Source: Octopus vulgaris (taxonomy: Eukaryota). From it: a stretch of 64,000 nucleotides of DNA. Position numbers and translations under genes: made by a program. Location of the stretch: the NCBI GenBank assembly GCA_951406725.2, contig OX597817.1, positions 45,818,001-45,882,000 on the forward strand, written 5' to 3'. Shown piece after piece: positions 11,728 through 24,989 of the stretch. The notes under the pieces were generated by a model. That model did not search any database. It was given only the letters and a program-made list of their open reading frames with translations, and was not told where the DNA came from. Every line of letters begins with the position of its first letter. The first letter of the stretch is position 1.

Positions 11728-12338
11728 GTGGGTCTATGTATATTTGTATCTCATCGTTATCATCATGATCATTATCATCATCATAATTTTTATTATAATT
11801 ATTACCCACTTCAAACCATATTGCCACCATTCATATGTTCAACATCGTGGTGTTTGCATTGATGACTTGTCACAGCCACATTTTTTTCTCCATTTATCTT
11901 CACACACGGCCTATTTATTCAGTGAAGGAGACGTAGTGAGAGTAATTGACATAACTGCGAGGGAGTGAGAGAAAGTAATAACAATGAGAGACAGGAAGTG
12001 GAGAAGAGAGCGTCATCATCATATATGCTTGCAGAAGCTTACCTATTAAATAGGGTAAGTGGACACTCAGACGAATCATTTCACTAGTGAAATGTTTCAT
12101 TTACAATTTACGAAGATAATTTTCTCTAATATTCCAATTCCAATGTGTGTATATTTACAGTATATATCGTGTTTGCTATCAGTTCACTGATAAATTTAGT
12201 TATCAGTAATCCCATAACTTATTTATAGCTTATAGTGTTTGTTATCAGTTCACTGATAATTTTAGTCATCCGTACTCTCATAATTTATTTACGGTGTATA
12301 GTGTTTGTTGTTCATTCGCTGATACTTTTTCTTCTGCT

Positions 12339-12806
12339 ATGGAGAATGAAGCAGACAGTAGGCGAATTTTATCCAGAGAGAGACAAGGGCGAAGAACAGC
12401 CAGTCTCACGCAGGAAGAAATGAACGCAAAAATATTGAGAAATATATTAGTAAATCAATCACAATAAATGAGAAAAAATAGAAGAGCACAACATGCAAGA
12501 CGACAGGCTCGAAGACGTCAAAAAGAAAAGGAGAATCTCGTAGTACAAAGGAAAGAAATCCAAAGACAGAGAGCAGCACAAAAGCGCCATGGTGAAACAG
12601 AACAGCGAGGAACAGAGAGGAGAGAAGATCTAGGAATAAGAGCATTACAAAGGCGCCAATATGCAACGGAAGAGCAAGCAGCACAAAGGAAAGAAATCGA
12701 AAGAGAGAGAACATTTCAAAGACACCAAAGTGAAACAGAAGAGCAAGCAGCAGAGAGGAGAAAAGGTATAAGAGCGAGAGCGAGAGAGAGAGTGAGAGAG
12801 AGAGAG

Positions 12807-12872
<66 letters not shown>

Positions 12873-13850
12873 TAATACTAGAGAAAGAAACTGAAGAAGC
12901 AAATGTTCGCAGAGAACGAATGAAGTGCAGAATGGAAGAATTAATAAATTTAGTAAATACTCATACTTATAATGAAGACAACGTTCAGGTTCATAACTGT
13001 GGTGACATGAACACATTGTGTCAGTTTTGTAGAGCCAAACATTTTGCTTCCGAGCGACCATCAGACGGATGCTTTAACAGTTGCTGCCATAAAGGGAAAG
13101 TCCTGCATATTTACGATCTTGTCAGACCCTCAACATCCACATTATGTTAACTTCAAAGAAAATGTACGGTCATACAACTCTGCTCTCTCTTTCACATTTA
13201 TGAGTGCTCACGATGATGACTTACAAGGACGAGGTCCATTCTGCTTCCGAGTGCACGTCCAAGTGTGGGCCAACAGAGGAAATTTACGCAACTGTATGTT
13301 GTTGACAGCGTTCAAGCCACCGCAGTGCGGGCTCAGAATGCAGTAAATTGAAGATAGGTACCTGAGATGATGCACAGAATCGATGAGATTATCAGAAAGA
13401 ATAAAGGCTATGTTGCACCTTACAAGGCATTATGAGAAGTAAAAGAGCACGAGGAGGAACATGTCCAACAGGAATAGAGGCCTGTCTCGCCTCCAACAGG
13501 GATCTCACTGCTGATAAGCGGAAATAAAATTTACCAACAGTTAATGAAATAGTTATGGATTTCAGCAATACTGACGATGTGTCACCATTCAACAGAGATT
13601 TCAAGGTTTACCCAAGAAACTATGAAGTCTCTGTGATCAATCTGAGCATTCTTAGCTCCAACATCGACCCAATGAAGAGCAAGGCTGGCAACCACATATG
13701 ATTGGTAATAAAAATACGGCAAACGCAAGGCAGAAATGTTACAATGCTCCTACATGAAGTATCTTGAAAGTCAGTTGAAGATGGTGAATTCACGCAGTTA
13801 TTCATGGAGGCAAGCTCTTCCAGCAATGGTCAGTTGACACTTAACTGCAA
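12339..13850 (+). mobile_element. Degenerate autonomous Helitron RepHel N-terminal region
   Basis: E/Q/R-rich repeats (ETEEQAAxR), the zinc-knuckle HNCGDMNTLCQFCRAKHF..FNSCCHKGKV, FKENVRSYNSALSF, GPFCFRVH, NLPTVNEI, SNIDPM and GKLFQQWSVD, spread over several frameshifted frames. Confidence 0.85.
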
Positions 13851-14234
13851 GAAGGTAACAGTATAAAGTTTCTGATATATAATATGTCATCTATCGTATA
13901 TCACATACATACATGCATGCATACATACATACATACATAACATACATACACACATACAAACACACATACAAACATACATACATACATACATACATACATA
14001 CATACACACATACAAACATACATACATACATACATACATACATACATACATACATACAAACATACATACATACATACATACATACACATACATACAAACA
14101 TACATACATACATACATACACACACAAATACAAACATACATACATACATAGGTCTCCTTAAGTGCAATATGCAGATATTTACGCAAGATTAAATTGTCAC
14201 TCGGAGATATCTTTCTGCACGTTATCATAAATGA

Positions 14235-14722
14235 TATGTGTGTTTGTGTGTTTGGGTGTGTGTTTGTGTGCTGGGGTATGTCTTTGTGTGTTAGGCTGTA
14301 TGTTTGTGTATTGGTGTGTGCAGTTGTGTGTTGGGGTGTGTGTTTCTTTATTGGAGTGTACGGTTGTGTGTTGGGGTGTGCGTTTATGTGTTGGGCTGTG
14401 TGTTTGTGTATTGGGGTAAGTCTTTGCGCGTTACTGTGTGTGATTGTGTGTTGGAGTGTGTGTTTGTGTGTTGAGGTGTGTATTTGTGTGTTGGGGTGTG
14501 TGGTTATGTGTTGGGATGCGTGTTTGTGTTTTGGGGCATTTTTGTATTAGGGTGTGTGTTTGTGTGTTGGAGTGTGTGTTTGTGTATTAGGGTAAGTGTT
14601 TGTGCGTTGGGGTATGTATTTTTGTATTAGGGTATGTGTTTGTGTGTTGTAGTGTGTGTTTGTGTATTGGGGTGTGTAGTTGTGTGTTGGGGAGTGTGCT
14701 TGTGTGTTGGTGTGTGTGTTTG
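14235..14722. repeat. Minisatellite with a unit of about 20 bp (GTGTGTTTGTGTGTTGGGGT)
   Basis: Roughly two dozen degenerate tandem units are visible. Confidence 0.85.
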
Positions 14723-15528
14723 TATTTAATAGACATTTAAAGTAAACTTTCCTACGCTCATAAATCAACATCAGTAAATATAAAGCGAAAATGAATTTCT
14801 ATCGTACACATTGCATCCACTTCATATTGCAATAATTCCGACAATAACAAAATTGTTCTATGTCTGGTAAAAACTACACTACATTCTCGATATTTTCATC
14901 ACAGATTGCTTTATTTTTGATGTTATATTCTAACTGTATTTTAGTTTCTTGTTGTTCGACTTGCTATCGTAAGACCCCTTATATTCCGCACATTCTACTT
15001 TACCTGTTGCGTTCGATAGATAGTTTCATGGTTATACAAATCAAATCCTTTTACAATTCCCGAAAGGTAAGCAAGTAGAGATAGAACTACCACATCCAGA
15101 TTACTTCCACTTCTGATTTTATTTCATCGATATATTTTATTGAATTGTTAATACGAATATTTTGAATGCAATATCCGTTTGATTATAACTGATCATTCAC
15201 TGAACATATAGCATAACAATAAGCGTAGTAGATATGAACTTAACGTTTATAGTCACCCTAGGGAAACCTAACTGTTGTATATAACTCAAGTACTTGACTT
15301 AGAATCGTAACTAGCGAGAACAATAGCACAAAGGCATTGAGGTGAATGTCATGTCAACCAGTGACATTTTTACTATGCTCCCGCGCACACAAAAGTGACC
15401 CAAACTTTAAAATGCTTTCCAAAAAGCCATTCTTTCCAATAATGTCATTGGCAGATAAACACAAATAATATAAAGCTAAATGCACAAGCAAACAAATATG
15501 TATAGATAGGTACACACACACACACACA

Positions 15529-15575
<47 letters not shown>

Positions 15576-15576
15576 C

Positions 15577-15861
<285 letters not shown>

Positions 15862-15906
15862 AATATATATCATAATATAAATAATATATATGCATGTATA
15901 TATATA

Positions 15907-15949
<43 letters not shown>

Positions 15950-16396
15950 GTATGAATGCATGTATGTATGAATGCATATATGGGTACAGTACGTTACCAA
16001 CTGTGCAAACAACATGAAGTAAGAAAACAAATGTGTTAAACTCGTAAACAAAGAGAGAAAAAATGGAAAACAGGACAAGTAACGCATAGAATAACCCTTC
16101 ATCAGTTGTCGACTGTCTGTCTACTCCTCATTTCGGTGAGGCGGTTGTCTCCCCTGTCAGTTCAAATATAGAACATGTACTTTCTGTGACAACAGAGTCT
16201 AAGACTTTTATTTCTAACAATGTTGATGTATGTTTTTGCACGTGTATGTGCCTCATATACATACACACAACATGCACATGCACTTACACATGTACTCCCA
16301 TATACTACACGTATATTCACACAAATATACATACACATACAAACACACATATTATGCCCATATATTCAGAAACACAGGCACGTTAGGTATACAAGG

Positions 16397-16459
<63 letters not shown>

Positions 16460-16529
16460 ACGCACACCTACATACACACATATGTGTATATATATGAATA
16501 ATTTGTCTCTCTAATTATTTCCTTTTTTA

Positions 16530-16882
16530 GGCGCAGGAGTGGCTTACCAACCACATGGTTTCGGGTTCAGTCGCACAGCGTGGCATCTTGGGCAAGTGTA
16601 TTCCATTATAGCCTCGGGTCGACCAAAGCCTTGTGAGTGGATTTGGTAGATGGAAACTGAAAGAAGCCCGTCGTATATATGTATATGTGTATATGTATTT
16701 TTTTTTTCTGTTTCCCTGTGTTTGTCCCCACCCCAACATCGCTTGACAACCGATGCTGTTATGTTTACGTCCCCGTAACTTAGAGAATCGGCAAAAAAGT
16801 CCTGGTGTCGATTTGCTCGACTAAAGGAGGTGATCCAGCATGGCCGCAGTCAAATGACTAAACCAAGTAAAAGAGTAAAGAG
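16530..16882 (+). mobile_element. SINE group B, near full length
   Basis: tRNA-like head, CORE-like TTGGGCAAGTGT block, internal microsatellite, and tail CAGCATGGCCGCAGTCAAATGACT..GTAAAAGAG. Confidence 0.88.
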
Positions 16883-17520
16883 GATGTGCTGCTTGTCCCT
16901 AATATCAGAGAGTATCGTTCATACATTTTCGTAATCATTTTCTCGCCACTATATCGCTAAGTATGTTGAAATTAATGTTTGGCCAAGAAGATCTAATAAG
17001 ATCTAAATGGACCTGCAGTTCTCTTTCGTACACCTCACACTGACTGGAGTAATATTACTCATCAACTGTTGCATTTTCAAAACATAATTTCTCATAATTA
17101 ATTCTAATTTGATATTTGTTGCTCACTCCTTCAAATATCCTATCACTAGCGTAACTGCTGTTCTTCGTGCATTTGGCTTATCTGCATAATTAACCTCACT
17201 GACGTAATTTTTATAAAAATAGGCTTAAGAGGAAATTTAAGTATATTTTAATTCTGTCACTGCTGTTGTTTTTGTTGCGTTGCTTTTTTTTTTCTTCTGC
17301 TAGTTTTCGATCTTCCTTTCATCGTTTATTCGACTTTTTTTTTTCATAAATTTTCTCTTTTCACACATTTTCCCCTCTATCCTCTACTTTCCCCATGTTT
17401 TTTTTTCTTCCTATCCCGTGTTTTCCTGTGTTCTATTTTTCCTCTTCTTTTTCACATCTTATCAATATTATTGTATCAAATATCTCTTTAGTTTTCTTCT
17501 TTCCTTTTCCTTCTCTTCCA

Positions 17521-17554
<34 letters not shown>

Positions 17555-17739
17555 CTGCTGCTGCTTCTGCTGCTGCTGATTCTGCTGCTGCAACTGCTAC
17601 TACTACTATTATTGATATCACTAATACTACTTTTTCTTCTTGAATATTTTGTCTTTTATTCTTGTCTACGTCGTTTTAAATATTTTAATATTTTGTACAT
17701 ACGTTTAGTGGTTTTCTTTTTCTGATATTTTGATTTGTT

Positions 17740-17838
17740 GTTCTTCTTCTTCCCCTTCTTCTGCGTCTTCTTCTTCTTCTTCTTCTTCTTCTTCTTCTTC
17801 TTCTTCTTCTTCTTCTTCTTCTTCTTCTTCTTTTTCTT
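17740..17838. repeat. (TTC)n microsatellite
   Basis: Direct inspection. Confidence 0.95.
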
Positions 17839-19153
17839 CCGTATGTTCTTCTTCATTAACGTCATATTCTACTTCAATCTTCATTCTACTTTCAACAATA
17901 ATTTCCTACTTCTTTCGCCATTCATATGCTTTCATTTACTTTTTCTACCTTTTATCATTAGTAATTTTTTTTCTTTCTTATTCTCCTGTCTTTCATTTTT
18001 CCTCTCCATTTCTTTTTTTTTTTTTTTTCACCTTCAGTGTTCTGTATTTTACTGTCATCTAAGATTTTGTATTTATTCTTGTATTTACTAAATTCTTTCC
18101 CATTTTCTTCATTCTTCAGAGACAAAGACTTTGCAATTGGGAAATTCGATTAGAGATGACATGAAAAGGAGGAATTTAATATAGAACAAAATAAAAGGAA
18201 ATAATATTATGACAAGCAACATAACAAGTAAAAAACAGAAACAACGAAATTAATGTTTAAAATAATTAGGTTTTCCAATTTCTCTATGCGTTCATATGTG
18301 TAGAATGCGTCTGCGCATGCGTTTTGCGTGTGTGTGCCATGCAAAGGGTCTGTCAAACAGATTTAATTATAGTCTATTTGCAGTAAAGAAACGTGAATAC
18401 GAAACTGTTGTTTGCTCACAACTGAAATATATTGAAATGATTCCATATTTGCCGATACCTCGAGAATTGTTTACCGAAATGCCTTGAAGAGTAATATGGC
18501 TTAAAAGTTTGTCTCTCTGAATAGGCTCATTGTCTTGAACAATATCCAGTCTGACTGCAATTCATGAGGAACGATGTTGATTAGATCTTGAATTCTTATG
18601 AAATTTGCTGGGATCATTTACTTTAGTGGTACGCATGTTATTTGTATCACAGCGTGTCTTGTCGAAGAATAGCAACTAACAAACACTCCATCATCGTTTT
18701 GACAGCATAAACAGAATATTTTAATGAAGAAGGATTTTGTGTTATTACTTATTATCCATGTATTCGTTCGCGCTCCCATCCAGCATAAGGCCCTTACCAG
18801 ATAGTGCCCACTGGATTGGTTTTCAAGCAAATAAATCAGGTAACGACGGACATATATAATACATAAGGAAATTAATAAGGCCTCGGCGCATCGTTGTTCA
18901 TATTCTTTCTCTTAACTCAATAACCTATTAATATTTTAAAACATACTAGCACGTTGTCTTTGTGAAAGTAGTATCTTGTGTAGTTATATAATAAAGTTCG
19001 AATTATTATGAAGTACGGAGATGTACTCGCATAGCAAATGATTTGATCTGAGATCGTGTGCTGGAACGAAAACAATTGCAGCGTGGAAGGTGTTTGTAAG
19101 CCATTTAAGAAACACACAAAAGCCGTTCGATTCACTTCAACGTTTAAGTTTAA

Positions 19154-19203
19154 TTTGTCAAAATATTTTCGTCGCTAAAATCCGCGACCTGTTCACTGAC
19201 AAA
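19154..19203 (-). ncRNA. Identical G3-C8 hammerhead-fold motif on the opposite strand
   Basis: Reverse complement of 19225-19274. Confidence 0.7.
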
Positions 19204-19224
19204 AATCCAGATGCAGCACGGATT

Positions 19225-19274
19225 TTTGTCAGTGAACAGGTCGCGGATTTTAGCGACGAAAATATTTTGACAAA
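19225..19274 (+). ncRNA. Hammerhead-fold motif with swapped G3-C8 core pair
   Basis: TTTGTCA-GTGAACA-g-GTCGC(ggatttta)GCGAC-GAAA-ATAT-TT-TGACAAA. Stem I is 7 bp, stem II is 5 bp, and stem III is the palindrome AATATT. Confidence 0.7.
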
Positions 19275-19366
19275 TTAAACTTAAATGTTGAAGTGAGTCG
19301 AACGGCTTTTTGTGTGTTTCTTAAATGGCTTACAAACATCTTCCACACTGCAATTGTTATGAAGTA

Positions 19367-19553
19367 GTATGTGCAAAATGCCTAACGGTATTTCATTCGT
19401 TTTTACGTTCTGAGTTCAAATTCCGTTGAGGTCGCCATTGCATTTCATCCTTTCAGGGTCGTTAAAGTAAGTACTAGTTGAACGCTGGGGTTGATGTAAT
19501 CGACTTTCCAATCTCCTGAACTTGTTGCACTTGTGCCAAAATTTGAAACCAAT
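19367..19553 (+). mobile_element. SINE group C (GCCTTTCATCCTTTCGGGGTCG core), degenerate
   Basis: TACGTTCTGAGTTCAAATTCCG..CATTTCATCCTTTCAGGGTCG..AAGTACTAG. Confidence 0.75.
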
Positions 19554-20030
19554 ACTTTAATCCCGACGATTTTTTAAAGAAGATATTTAAATTGTAAACA
19601 TTGTACTCTTGTTAATTATTTTATTCCTTAGAAACACCGCGGCTACATGACCTACTGTGTCCTCCTTGATATTTGCCGGCTTGTGAACTCACAACATCTC
19701 CAAGGTAACCTTACCGCCCAGATTTACAAGCACTGTGTGATCAATCTGAAACAAGCAATATTTATACCTCTTTCCATCAGACGTCCTAGATATAAGGATA
19801 CATTTGACATCTTAATCCTAGACGCACGGAGAAATAAGTTTTAAAATCACTAAATCAAAACTATTTCATGTATCACAAAATCAGATTTGCATATTAAACC
19901 CATAAGAATTTAAACATTTCTATCAAAGGAGATTAAATAATGTTTAAATGTTTAAATCCTTAAGGATCGGTGCTTTAGTCGATGCATCTTAAAGATAATT
20001 AAGGTAACTATGTGGAGAACGGGTAAATTC

Positions 20031-20568
20031 TAGGTGTGGCTGTATGGTAAGTTTTCTTTCCAACAACATGGTGGTGAGTTCGATACTCTTGCGTAGTACC
20101 TTGGGCAAGTGTCTTCTATTCGAGCCTCTGGTAAAAATTATCTTGTAAGTGCTTTTGATGGCCGGAAACTGTAAGAAACACGACATGTACATATATGCAT
20201 ATGTGTGAATGTAAGTGTATGTGTACGATAGTGAATGCGGTTGTGTGTATGTATGTGTGTGTGTGTGTGTGTGTGCGAGGGTGAATGCGTGAGTGTGTCT
20301 GTGTATGTATGTGTCTGTGTATGTGAGTTTGTGTGTGAGAGAAAGAGAGAAAGAAAGAGCTTGTTTGCGTTTTCTTATGTCCCCCTTCTCCGCTTGGCAA
20401 CTGGTATTTGTTCGTTTACGTCCCTTAACGTGGTGGTTTGAAAAAAGAGGTCGCTAGAATGGGTACCAGGTTGAAGAATGTAAGCAGTGAGGTTGATTCA
20501 ATCAGTTGAATTTCTTCAAGATTGTGTCCCAGCATAGTGGCAGTCCACTGACTGAACTAAGGAAAAGA
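20031..20568 (+). mobile_element. SINE group B, diverged, with expanded internal (TG)n
   Basis: Head TGGCTGTATGGTAAG..TTGGGCAAGTGTCTTCTA and tail CCCAGCATAGTGGCAGTCCACTGACTGAA. Confidence 0.75.
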
Positions 20569-20745
20569 TGTATGGTAAAATATAAACGTAGAAATATAAA
20601 ATAACCAGATTAGTATGTTGGTGAGAGAGAAAAATGAATATATTTCCAGTTGTATTTTCAAAAGTCCGATTTCGAACATTACAACCTACGCTGACTCTTT
20701 AAAATTGTTACCTTAAATTGTTTGTGTCTGCATAATTAGTGTATA

Positions 20746-20849
20746 TATTTCTTTACTGCCCACAAGGGGCTAAACAAAAGACAGACAAACAAGGATAGAC
20801 AAACGGATTAAGTCGATTATATCGACCCCAGCGCGCAACTGGTACTTAG
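20746..20849 (-). mobile_element. SINE group C, 3' fragment
   Basis: tttctttactgcccacaaggggctaaac..ggattaagtcgattatatcgaccccag. Confidence 0.8.
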
Positions 20850-21543
20850 TGTATAATTAATGTATAATCTTCACCTGGCATTCGGTCTGTCATTTTTGAC
20901 TTACACTGAATTTTTCCGTCTCACCACTGTTTCACATTCTATAATTCATTATTCTCTGATTGTTTTTTTTCCCATTGACTTGGGTGTCCACCCGTCACAG
21001 GGAATTCATTTGACTCTTTACTAACTCATATTTATCACAAGATCCACGCAGTATGCTGGTATCTTGTTACTATCCTAAACCTCACTTATATTCCACATTC
21101 TGTTCTTCTGTCCGCTCGTTATATGGTTCTTCCACATTCCAGTTCGTGCATTTTGTGGTTACAGTGAAGGCATTTGACTAAGGGATTAAGTATGTTAGGC
21201 TGAAGATCAAAAAGTGATGAGTTCATTTCGAAAAGTCTGCGGTGAGCTATGTCATTGAACAAAGTATTTAACTTCCATTTGCTTCAGACAAATAGCGTAA
21301 ATGAATACCAGCCAAGTATTGGTGCTTCTTTTTGTTATCAGCTGTCATATCATTGATGTATAGTTGGTTCAAATATCAGAGGAACGAGAAAGGGCTTATA
21401 ACTGCTCTGGCTACACAGACACCTCAATTAAGTGGCAGAAGCTTGGTGCACGTTACGAACTCATACTCATTTCAGAGTGCCGGATGCAATTACTTTTGTG
21501 TAGTTAATATCATGAGCACTGAAATTGTACAGAATAGTCATCT

Positions 21544-21927
21544 TATTTCTTTATTGCCCACAAGGAGCTAGACTTAAAGGGGACAAACAAGGACAGACAA
21601 AGGGATTAAATTTGATTTATCGACCACGAAACGATGAAAGGCAAAGTCGACATCGACGGAATTTGAACTCTGAACGTAAAGACAGATGAAATACCTATTT
21701 CTTTACTACCCACAAGGTGCTAAACATAGAGAGGACAAACAAGGACAGAAAAACGGATTAAGTCGATTATATCGGCCCCAGTGCGTAACTGGTACTTATT
21801 TAATCGACCGCCAAAGGATGAAAGGCAAAGCCTACCTCGGCGGAATTTGAACTCAGAACGTAGCGGCAGACGAAATACCGCTAAGCATTTCGACCGGCGT
21901 GCTAACGTTTCTGCCAACACACCGCCT
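21544..21927 (-). mobile_element. SINE group C, tandem dimer (full unit plus 5'-truncated unit)
   Basis: Two head-to-tail units joined at ggtatttc near 21695. Confidence 0.85.
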
Positions 21928-23321
21928 TGTATACAGTATAGGCTTATGTTTGCTTTTCCACACAGTACTATGTGTATGGTCACTGTATCGTTCCATCTTC
22001 ATAGTTTATATCTCAATATTCTCTTCAGTTTTCGAATTAATCTTGCCTCAAATTTAACACTCATTTCTTCGAGTTGTTCGCGTTAAATCCAAAACAGAAT
22101 TATTATTGTTATTCCTCTTTTTTTCATTTAAGCATCTTTGCTTTCTTCCTGAATGGCAGTGCCCCAGCGTGATCACAATCGCAGACTGCAAAGCGAACGC
22201 ATAAAGTATATCCCCGCCGGATTTTCATTGGTGTATGTCGTTTTCCAAGGAAATTAAGGGCCTGTTTATTGACTGATTGAACTGCAAGAAATAGAAAACA
22301 ATCCCCTGCCATATTGCAGAGTAATCTCTTTCCAAGAAGAACCCGCAATCCTTTTAATCATATTTTTGCACAATCATTACTGACCCTATCCTGGACAGTA
22401 ACAACTCTTATAGATATAAAAGTTATTCCACTATTCAGAGGTGCTGAATAAATAGCAAGTTTCTATTCCACTTTAGAGCAAAACATTCCTAACCCGACTA
22501 TTACTCTTCCAATCATCATCCCCATCACCTGTCGTTAATAAGGTTATTCTTTCATTGACAAATACATCTGATTAGAGAACCTTAGGCAATCGATTCATTT
22601 TATCACAAACGCAGAAGATGAAAAATATATGTATGTTTGAAGAATGATATGAATTTTAGATTCTTGTTTTCAGAAAATGAAATAACATAAAAATCAAAAT
22701 ACGAAGATAGTGTTATCACTGAAATTCTCAGGACCAATATTCATAGATATATGTGCTACATTTTTTTATGTTATTCACCGCTTAGAAGATGAAAAACCAT
22801 TAACTTTTTGGCCGTTTTAGAACATCACCATATCTATGTGTGTTTCGATATGTCGGTCGCTGGAAATGTCTTTTTATTTAAGCAAAAATCACTTTCAGAC
22901 AAGCTGTCTCCATTTCAATGTTTACGAGAATATTTACAGCCTCTCCTTTGAATAAGTTTTAAGAAAAACGATTGCGTATAACATTTACAAAACTATAGGG
23001 TGTTATACCACCAACAAACAAGATTTGAGCGTTGTTGAATGAATCTTATCAAATGTTCTGGCAGAATGTAAATAGGATTAATTCTCACTCCCTCTCGTTT
23101 TTGTTATCTTCTCTGGTTCTTCTTCCTCGTATATAAATGTTTGAATATGACAATCACACATACACACAAATGAATGCAAACATTTACTCAGCCAAACAGA
23201 CACATACGCACACCAAACACATAAGCCCGCACACAGTCACTGTTCCAATGAGTATGTGCATGTTGGCGTAAAATAATGTTTAAATAGATTTGACTCGCAT
23301 GTGTTTGCAAGGAGAGAGACT

Positions 23322-23365
<44 letters not shown>

Positions 23366-23392
23366 TATAGATAGATAGATAGATAGATAGAA

Positions 23393-23423
<31 letters not shown>

Positions 23424-24612
23424 GAGATAGAAAGAATGAGTGTAGTTACAAGCGAGACACAGTTAAAACATTTAAAATAAATCCCATTTGTATGCTGACA
23501 GTACCGTTGATAACATTCAGTCAGCAAAGCTCAAATTTTGTTTACCGTGTGTGATATTGTGAAGTTACACTCACACATACACATACATGCCCCCACGGAC
23601 TCACACACTCACACACGCACATACATTCTCCCACGCACTCACACACGCACACACGCACATACAAACATACATATATAGCTGTATAAAGAATCTATATTCT
23701 TCTGTGCGTGCGAGTATGTCACTATTACATTAAGAAATTAGTCTTCTGTGAGATAATTGGTAAGGATTGTGCCAAAACTTCGATTGCTAAACTCCTTGAG
23801 CAATTCTATAATTTGTCTTAGAACCTCTGTGAATCTAAAAATCATTTCTGATTTATGAGAATAATATGCAATCACGCGAATGATAGATAGATGAAATATT
23901 CTGGCAAAATACCTTAATAGAGCAAGTCTTTTATGTTCTGAACTTGAGAAAAACATTCCAATTACAATCAATTCACTTAAAGTCCGAAACCTCATCACAC
24001 AAGCATCGTTTATCTTCTCTATAGTGTTCCAAAGTTACTATATTATAGCTGTATTTAAAGTACATGATTATCGAGATAACTGGAATTAATTCTGCTATAG
24101 AAATGAAAAATGTTTGAAAAATATCAAAGCCGAATGGTTATAACTGATGTTATTCTATTAATGTTGCAGGTAGAATTCAGCAAAGAATTTAACGATCTAC
24201 TTTGATAGTCAAAATACGTATACCTATATATATATATAAAAAATTATATATATTCCATCTTGTATCTTGCTTGCAAGGTTGTTTTAGAATTCGTGTGTTG
24301 AAGCAAATTTTGTTGTGTCTTGGGAGACTCATACTGCGTTGATATATTTAACACACTCACCGGTTCAATTTCCTCTCATAAAAAAAAGTTTTTGCCTGTT
24401 CTATGGAAGAGATGAAAAATAAAGACAGATAAACGAAAACAATTTAATAAATGAATTGAAATTCAACCGGTGAATATGGTAAATATATTAAGAAAATATA
24501 ACTCTCCCCTGACAACAATATATGTGTGTTCGTATTTATGTATGCATGTATGTATGTATGTATGTATGTATGTATGTATGTATGTATGTATGTATGTATG
24601 TATGTATGTATG

Positions 24613-24719
<107 letters not shown>

Positions 24720-24989
24720 TAAGATAAGAGAGCAAGATAAATGAATAAGACGTATACGAGAGCGGTTTGAGGTATTTGGCCGCAAAATAAATTATGGGCA
24801 TAAGGGGTCGGTTGATCGAGTTTCTAAATGGCTTTCTATGTTGACTGGGGAAATGAAAAGATCTTCACGACCACCCTCAGAGAGTTTTGAAAGCCCATAG
24901 AGAATGCGAGCCTTTTACGTGAAAAACTGTGGATTTGTATACAGGACACACAGACACACAGATACACAGACATTTTGCCGTTTATAGAT
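24720..24989 (-). mobile_element. Probable Helitron 5' end fragment
   Basis: The minus strand starts aTCTATAAACGGCAAAATGTCTGTGT(..)GTC, the same style as the 5' end of the 9814 Helitron. No 3' CTAG/hairpin was found. Confidence 0.45.

Larger units (their letters stand above)
19016..19356. mobile_element. Palindromic non-coding element (138-bp arms, 11-bp spacer, 55-bp one-sided extension) flanked by a 10-bp TSD
   Basis: Arms 19071-19208 and 19220-19358 are near-perfect reverse complements. TTATGAAGTA occurs at 19006-19015 and 19357-19366. Confidence 0.85.

Noticed and set aside
12165-12325. About 2.5 copies of a ~65-bp unit with hairpin TATCAG-ttca-CTGATA
   Set aside because: It contains CTGATAA but no GAAA or stem III, so it is best explained as a Helitron subterminal tandem repeat.
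14235-14722. Regularly spaced 20-bp repeats considered as CRISPR-like
   Set aside because: The units are contiguous and degenerate with no unique spacers, in a eukaryotic context. This is a minisatellite.
16085-16140. CTGATGAAGGG on the minus strand in a TA-adjacent insert
   Set aside because: There is no downstream stem II partner plus GAAA in the correct order.
19632-19704. Possible 73-nt exon (ttccttag acceptor, AAG/gtaacc donor, open frame)
   Set aside because: The peptide is unrecognisable and no partner exons were found. RNA-seq would be needed.
22470-22535. Minus-strand peptide MIGRVIVGLG resembling an MFS sugar-transporter motif
   Set aside because: The match is short, a stop follows within a few codons, and the splice signals are weak.
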